NCBI GenBank assembly: GCA_034111105.1
Contig: JAWUXY010000119.1
Location: 1-32,000 of the forward strand
From: Bermanella sp.
GTDB taxonomy: Bacteria; Pseudomonadota; Gammaproteobacteria; Pseudomonadales; Oceanobacteraceae
DNA length: 32,000 nt
Reading direction: 5' to 3'
The translations under genes were made by a program, and so were the position numbers. Positions 29,541-32,000 of the stretch are shown here, one piece after another. Every line of letters begins with the position of its first letter. Position 1 is the first letter of the stretch. The notes under the pieces were generated by a model. It worked only from the letters and a program-made list of their open reading frames with translations. It had not been told where the DNA came from and ran no database searches.

Positions 29541-29554
29541 ATTATTTTTATTTT
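29541..29554 (-). promoter_or_regulatory. A-rich leader element AAAATAAAAATAAT upstream of the lipoprotein amylase
   Basis: Exact 14-mer (plus strand ATTATTTTTATTTT), 16-29 nt upstream of the ATG at 29525. Confidence 0.5.
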
Positions 29555-29609
29555 AAAACGCTTGATGACTCACCATTCTTTTGATGGCTAGTTTACCTTA
29601 CTCAATAAA

Positions 29610-29623
29610 TGCAATCGATTACA
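29610..29623. promoter_or_regulatory. Candidate LacI-family operator TGCAATCGATTACA
   Basis: One mismatch from the perfect palindrome, about 85 nt upstream of the first gene of the amylase-malK-malE-malF-malG run. Confidence 0.68.
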
Positions 29624-29683
29624 TAAAATAAATATTACGTGCTATGAATCAAAATTGCGAGTACTAAGTCTCTCTTTTTAATC

Positions 29684-29720
29684 AATTAAGGCATAAAAAG
29701 TTCTACTTTATGCCTTAATT
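29684..29720 (-). terminator. Strong inverted repeat immediately downstream of the PHK-like gene, probable terminator
   Basis: AATTAAGGCATAAA / TTTATGCCTTAATT, 14-bp perfect arms, 9-nt loop, 4 nt after the stop at 29724. The T-tract is weak. Confidence 0.65.
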
Positions 29721-29723
29721 GCT

Positions 29724-32000
29724 TTATACCGTCAGACTTAGGAATGCCTCTACAACCTTTTGCGCCACAATATGGGGCGGCGCCTGAAATATCGCTTTTT
29801 GTGCATCAATACTATGGCGATGATATACCGATGCATGAGCAGGATGCTCAACCAACCAATGACCTTTTACACAGTGGCTAAGCAGTACATCCACCACCAA
29901 ATAATCATCCACATTTATTTCTGGGTTTTGTTTGAAGTACGCCGCTAACGCCAGCAACGACTCAATGCACAAATGTCGATACTCAGGTATTTTAATTTCA
30001 CTAATTAAGCCATCAACATACAATTCAAAGGTTTTTTCGCCTGCGGTCATTTGCCCCATAACCCATTGCGAGTCAATACGATTACGACGCTCAAATTTAT
30101 CGCCAATCACGACCCCTTTACTGCGCTGTAATAAAATCCAAATATCTAAATAAAACGTCTCAGGCATGTGCGTTAATGTCCCTAACTGCTTACGCCAATG
30201 TTGCCAATTACTAAAACCTTGCGGCAAATTCGAGTCAATAAAATGAACCGTCTTTTCAGATGCCTCACCAATGAGATGAATACTCTCCACCTCAACAATA
30301 TGATGAACACTTTGGTCATAATTTTTTAGCATGTTTTTTAGTTTAGTAGCGATATCGCTGGGTGCCATATCACTCAATTCATCAAAGGCTAAGTCCTGTG
30401 TTTCATGCTGCTCATCACTCATCTCACTGGTGAGCATCAACAGTAAATCTGTGGTACGAAGCGCAGCAACATTTTTAAACAATAAGGGCTCGCTTCTAAT
30501 AATCGTAGCCAGATGGATTAAAATCTCCTGGATAAGCGATTTCTCTTTAGGGTCTTGACCACAACATGCTGCAATTTCGTGGTACAACGCATCGCTTTCC
30601 ATTGAGTCGGCAATGACTTTGTAGCCACTGTAACCACGTCCGAGCACTAAATGCTTTTGACGAGCCAGAATTTCACTGAGCGCACTGCTTAATTCTTGAT
30701 GATAAATATCAAGCAAGCCCGCGCACTGACGCACCAATGACCATAAGCGCAACTGGCAAGATTTTGCATACACTTCTTTTATTAAGTCTTTTAACGACAC
30801 ATCTTGATTATTGATCGTCATGACTTGTTGCGATGTGAACCGCCTTTCGAGCAATGACAACAATAATACTTGTTCATATAAATTTTCACTTTGCGATAAT
30901 TTCACCATCATCTGTGCTAATGAAACATCTTGTGACCATATTGTGAGCGCACTTACATCTATGCTTACTGTTTTTTCATGCTTGAAGGCTAATAAGCCAT
31001 TATCAAGAGCGTCATAACCAGGATGATATTGAATCAAATCAAATGGCTCTAAACCGTTTATGACTTCTGTATTTATTTTTGGTAACAACTCAACTAGATT
31101 ACCTAACCGAACATGCCCCTGTGATGTAGATAAATCCTTAAACAACGCCAATACATTTTCTTTAGTGTTGGCGCTAAGCATTGACTGATCCACATACATG
31201 GTCATTACAGGGTCTTTTTCACTTTGCCAATGGCGGCTTAAATAATTGGCCTCTGACAGAATGCGCTGTGCGAATAAATTATTATCCAGCGACATATAAA
31301 ACCGAGATTTTTGATATTGGAAATTAGGCAAGAATAAATATTTCTGATCATTAATTTCATACAGTCTTGAAGTTGCCATACTGCGGAGCACTCGCATTGG
31401 GCGACCTGTTAAACCTAAACGTTTATTACTGCCTAATCTTGAGTACACATTTAAAAGCTGCTCAGTCGCGCATAACGTTATATCGGTTAATTCGCTTTCA
31501 AGATTACTGGTAATGCCTTGCTTGTTTAGTATATTTTGCACCGAGGCATCACTGGCAATCAAGCAAATATGAACCGATCGAGCTTGCACTGAACGAGTTC
31601 GTTTTGATAAGTTTTGAGGATCTAATTGTTCAGGTGATATTAATTTTTCATGCAGTAAACGCGCCAAATAAAATAATGATTGCGCCCAGACAAGTGGTAA
31701 ATTGTTATTGGCTGTGCGTTTTTGGCTGTGCGGAGTTTGTTTTTCCGCCTCTACGTTTTCAAGTGGCACATAATACAGCTCTGGCAACAGCATTTGGCCG
31801 TTTTGCTCTACCGCTAGAGATTCTAACTTTTTATAGTACTCATCGGCTAAAATAAGGTTTTGGTTAAACAAACTGTTCAAATACAAATATGTGTAAAATA
31901 ATGGCCATTCCGACTCAATGTCTTTAAAGTTTTTAAGCTCATCATCTTTATAGTAAAAGCGAGAGTGATCTTCTAGTACAGATTGATGGCCATCTAACAG
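29724..32000 (-). CDS. Phosphorylase kinase alpha/beta regulatory subunit-like protein (GH15-like family), N-terminus outside the window
   Basis: The frame stays open beyond the listed TTG start at 31886 to the window edge (LLDGHQSVLEDHSRFYYKDDELKNFKDIESEWPLFYTYLYLNSLF). PHK-like blocks: LLPELYYVPLENVEAEKQTPHS, LPLVWAQSLFYLARLL, LGLTGRPMRVLRSMATSRLY, FYMSLDNNLFAQRIL, GYSGYKVI...ALYHEIAACCGQD, FYLDIWILLQRSKGVVIGD, MTAGEKTFELYVDGLISEIKIPEYRHLCIESLLAL. Confidence 0.88.
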   Translation of the reverse strand: MLDGHQSVLEDHSRFYYKDDELKNFKDIESEWPLFYTYLYLNSLFNQNLILADEYYKKLESLAVEQNGQMLLPELYYVPLENVEAEKQTPHSQKRTANNNLPLVWAQSLFYLARLLHEKLISPEQLDPQNLSKRTRSVQARSVHICLIASDASVQNILNKQGITSNLESELTDITLCATEQLLNVYSRLGSNKRLGLTGRPMRVLRSMATSRLYEINDQKYLFLPNFQYQKSRFYMSLDNNLFAQRILSEANYLSRHWQSEKDPVMTMYVDQSMLSANTKENVLALFKDLSTSQGHVRLGNLVELLPKINTEVINGLEPFDLIQYHPGYDALDNGLLAFKHEKTVSIDVSALTIWSQDVSLAQMMVKLSQSENLYEQVLLLSLLERRFTSQQVMTINNQDVSLKDLIKEVYAKSCQLRLWSLVRQCAGLLDIYHQELSSALSEILARQKHLVLGRGYSGYKVIADSMESDALYHEIAACCGQDPKEKSLIQEILIHLATIIRSEPLLFKNVAALRTTDLLLMLTSEMSDEQHETQDLAFDELSDMAPSDIATKLKNMLKNYDQSVHHIVEVESIHLIGEASEKTVHFIDSNLPQGFSNWQHWRKQLGTLTHMPETFYLDIWILLQRSKGVVIGDKFERRNRIDSQWVMGQMTAGEKTFELYVDGLISEIKIPEYRHLCIESLLALAAYFKQNPEINVDDYLVVDVLLSHCVKGHWLVEHPAHASVYHRHSIDAQKAIFQAPPHIVAQKVVEAFLSLTV

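Noticed and set aside
31884-31886. Listed start of the 720-aa ORF as the true start of the PHK-like protein
   Set aside because: The codon is TTG, and the frame continues upstream with PHK-like sequence (DDELKNFKDIESEWPLFYTYL) to the window edge, so the gene is truncated by the window.
1-32000. CRISPR arrays, tRNA/rRNA genes, transposases, phage genes or toxin-antitoxin/defence systems
   Set aside because: No spaced direct repeats, structural RNA signatures or mobile or defence protein motifs were seen. The window reads as a metabolic locus.

Overview
The window looks like a marine gammaproteobacterial starch/maltodextrin locus. Nearly every supported gene is on the minus strand. In transcription order (right to left) it encodes:
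- a phosphorylase-kinase alpha/beta-like (GH15-like) protein, partial at the window edge
- a lipoprotein GH13 alpha-amylase
- a MalK/MalE/MalF/MalG ABC importer, with an unusually long MalF N-terminus
- a small secreted glucodextranase-C/DOMON-like protein
- a large outer-membrane barrel protein
- a second DOMON-like protein with a SHOCT-like tail
- MalQ
- a Fe(II)/2OG (PhyH-like) dioxygenase
- a class III PLP aminotransferase
- amylosucrase
- a MATE transporter
- a 111-aa internally deleted 'mini-enolase'
- pyruvate dehydrogenase E1 and E2
- an uncharacterised secreted protein
- a large multidomain MalS-like alpha-amylase
The strongest second-look items are: (i) the bacterial PHK alpha/beta homolog beside the mal transporter; (ii) the mini-enolase, which keeps only the N- and C-terminal ends of enolase; (iii) four near-identical 14-bp operators with a central CG (consensus TGTAATCGATTACA), one of them directly before the MATE/mini-enolase/aceEF genes; (iv) an AAAATAAAAATAAT leader element 16-30 nt upstream of four start codons (three exact, one 13/14); (v) MalF fused to a Cache-like sensor region. 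All assignments come from reading the sequence and from remembered family motifs. No searches were run.
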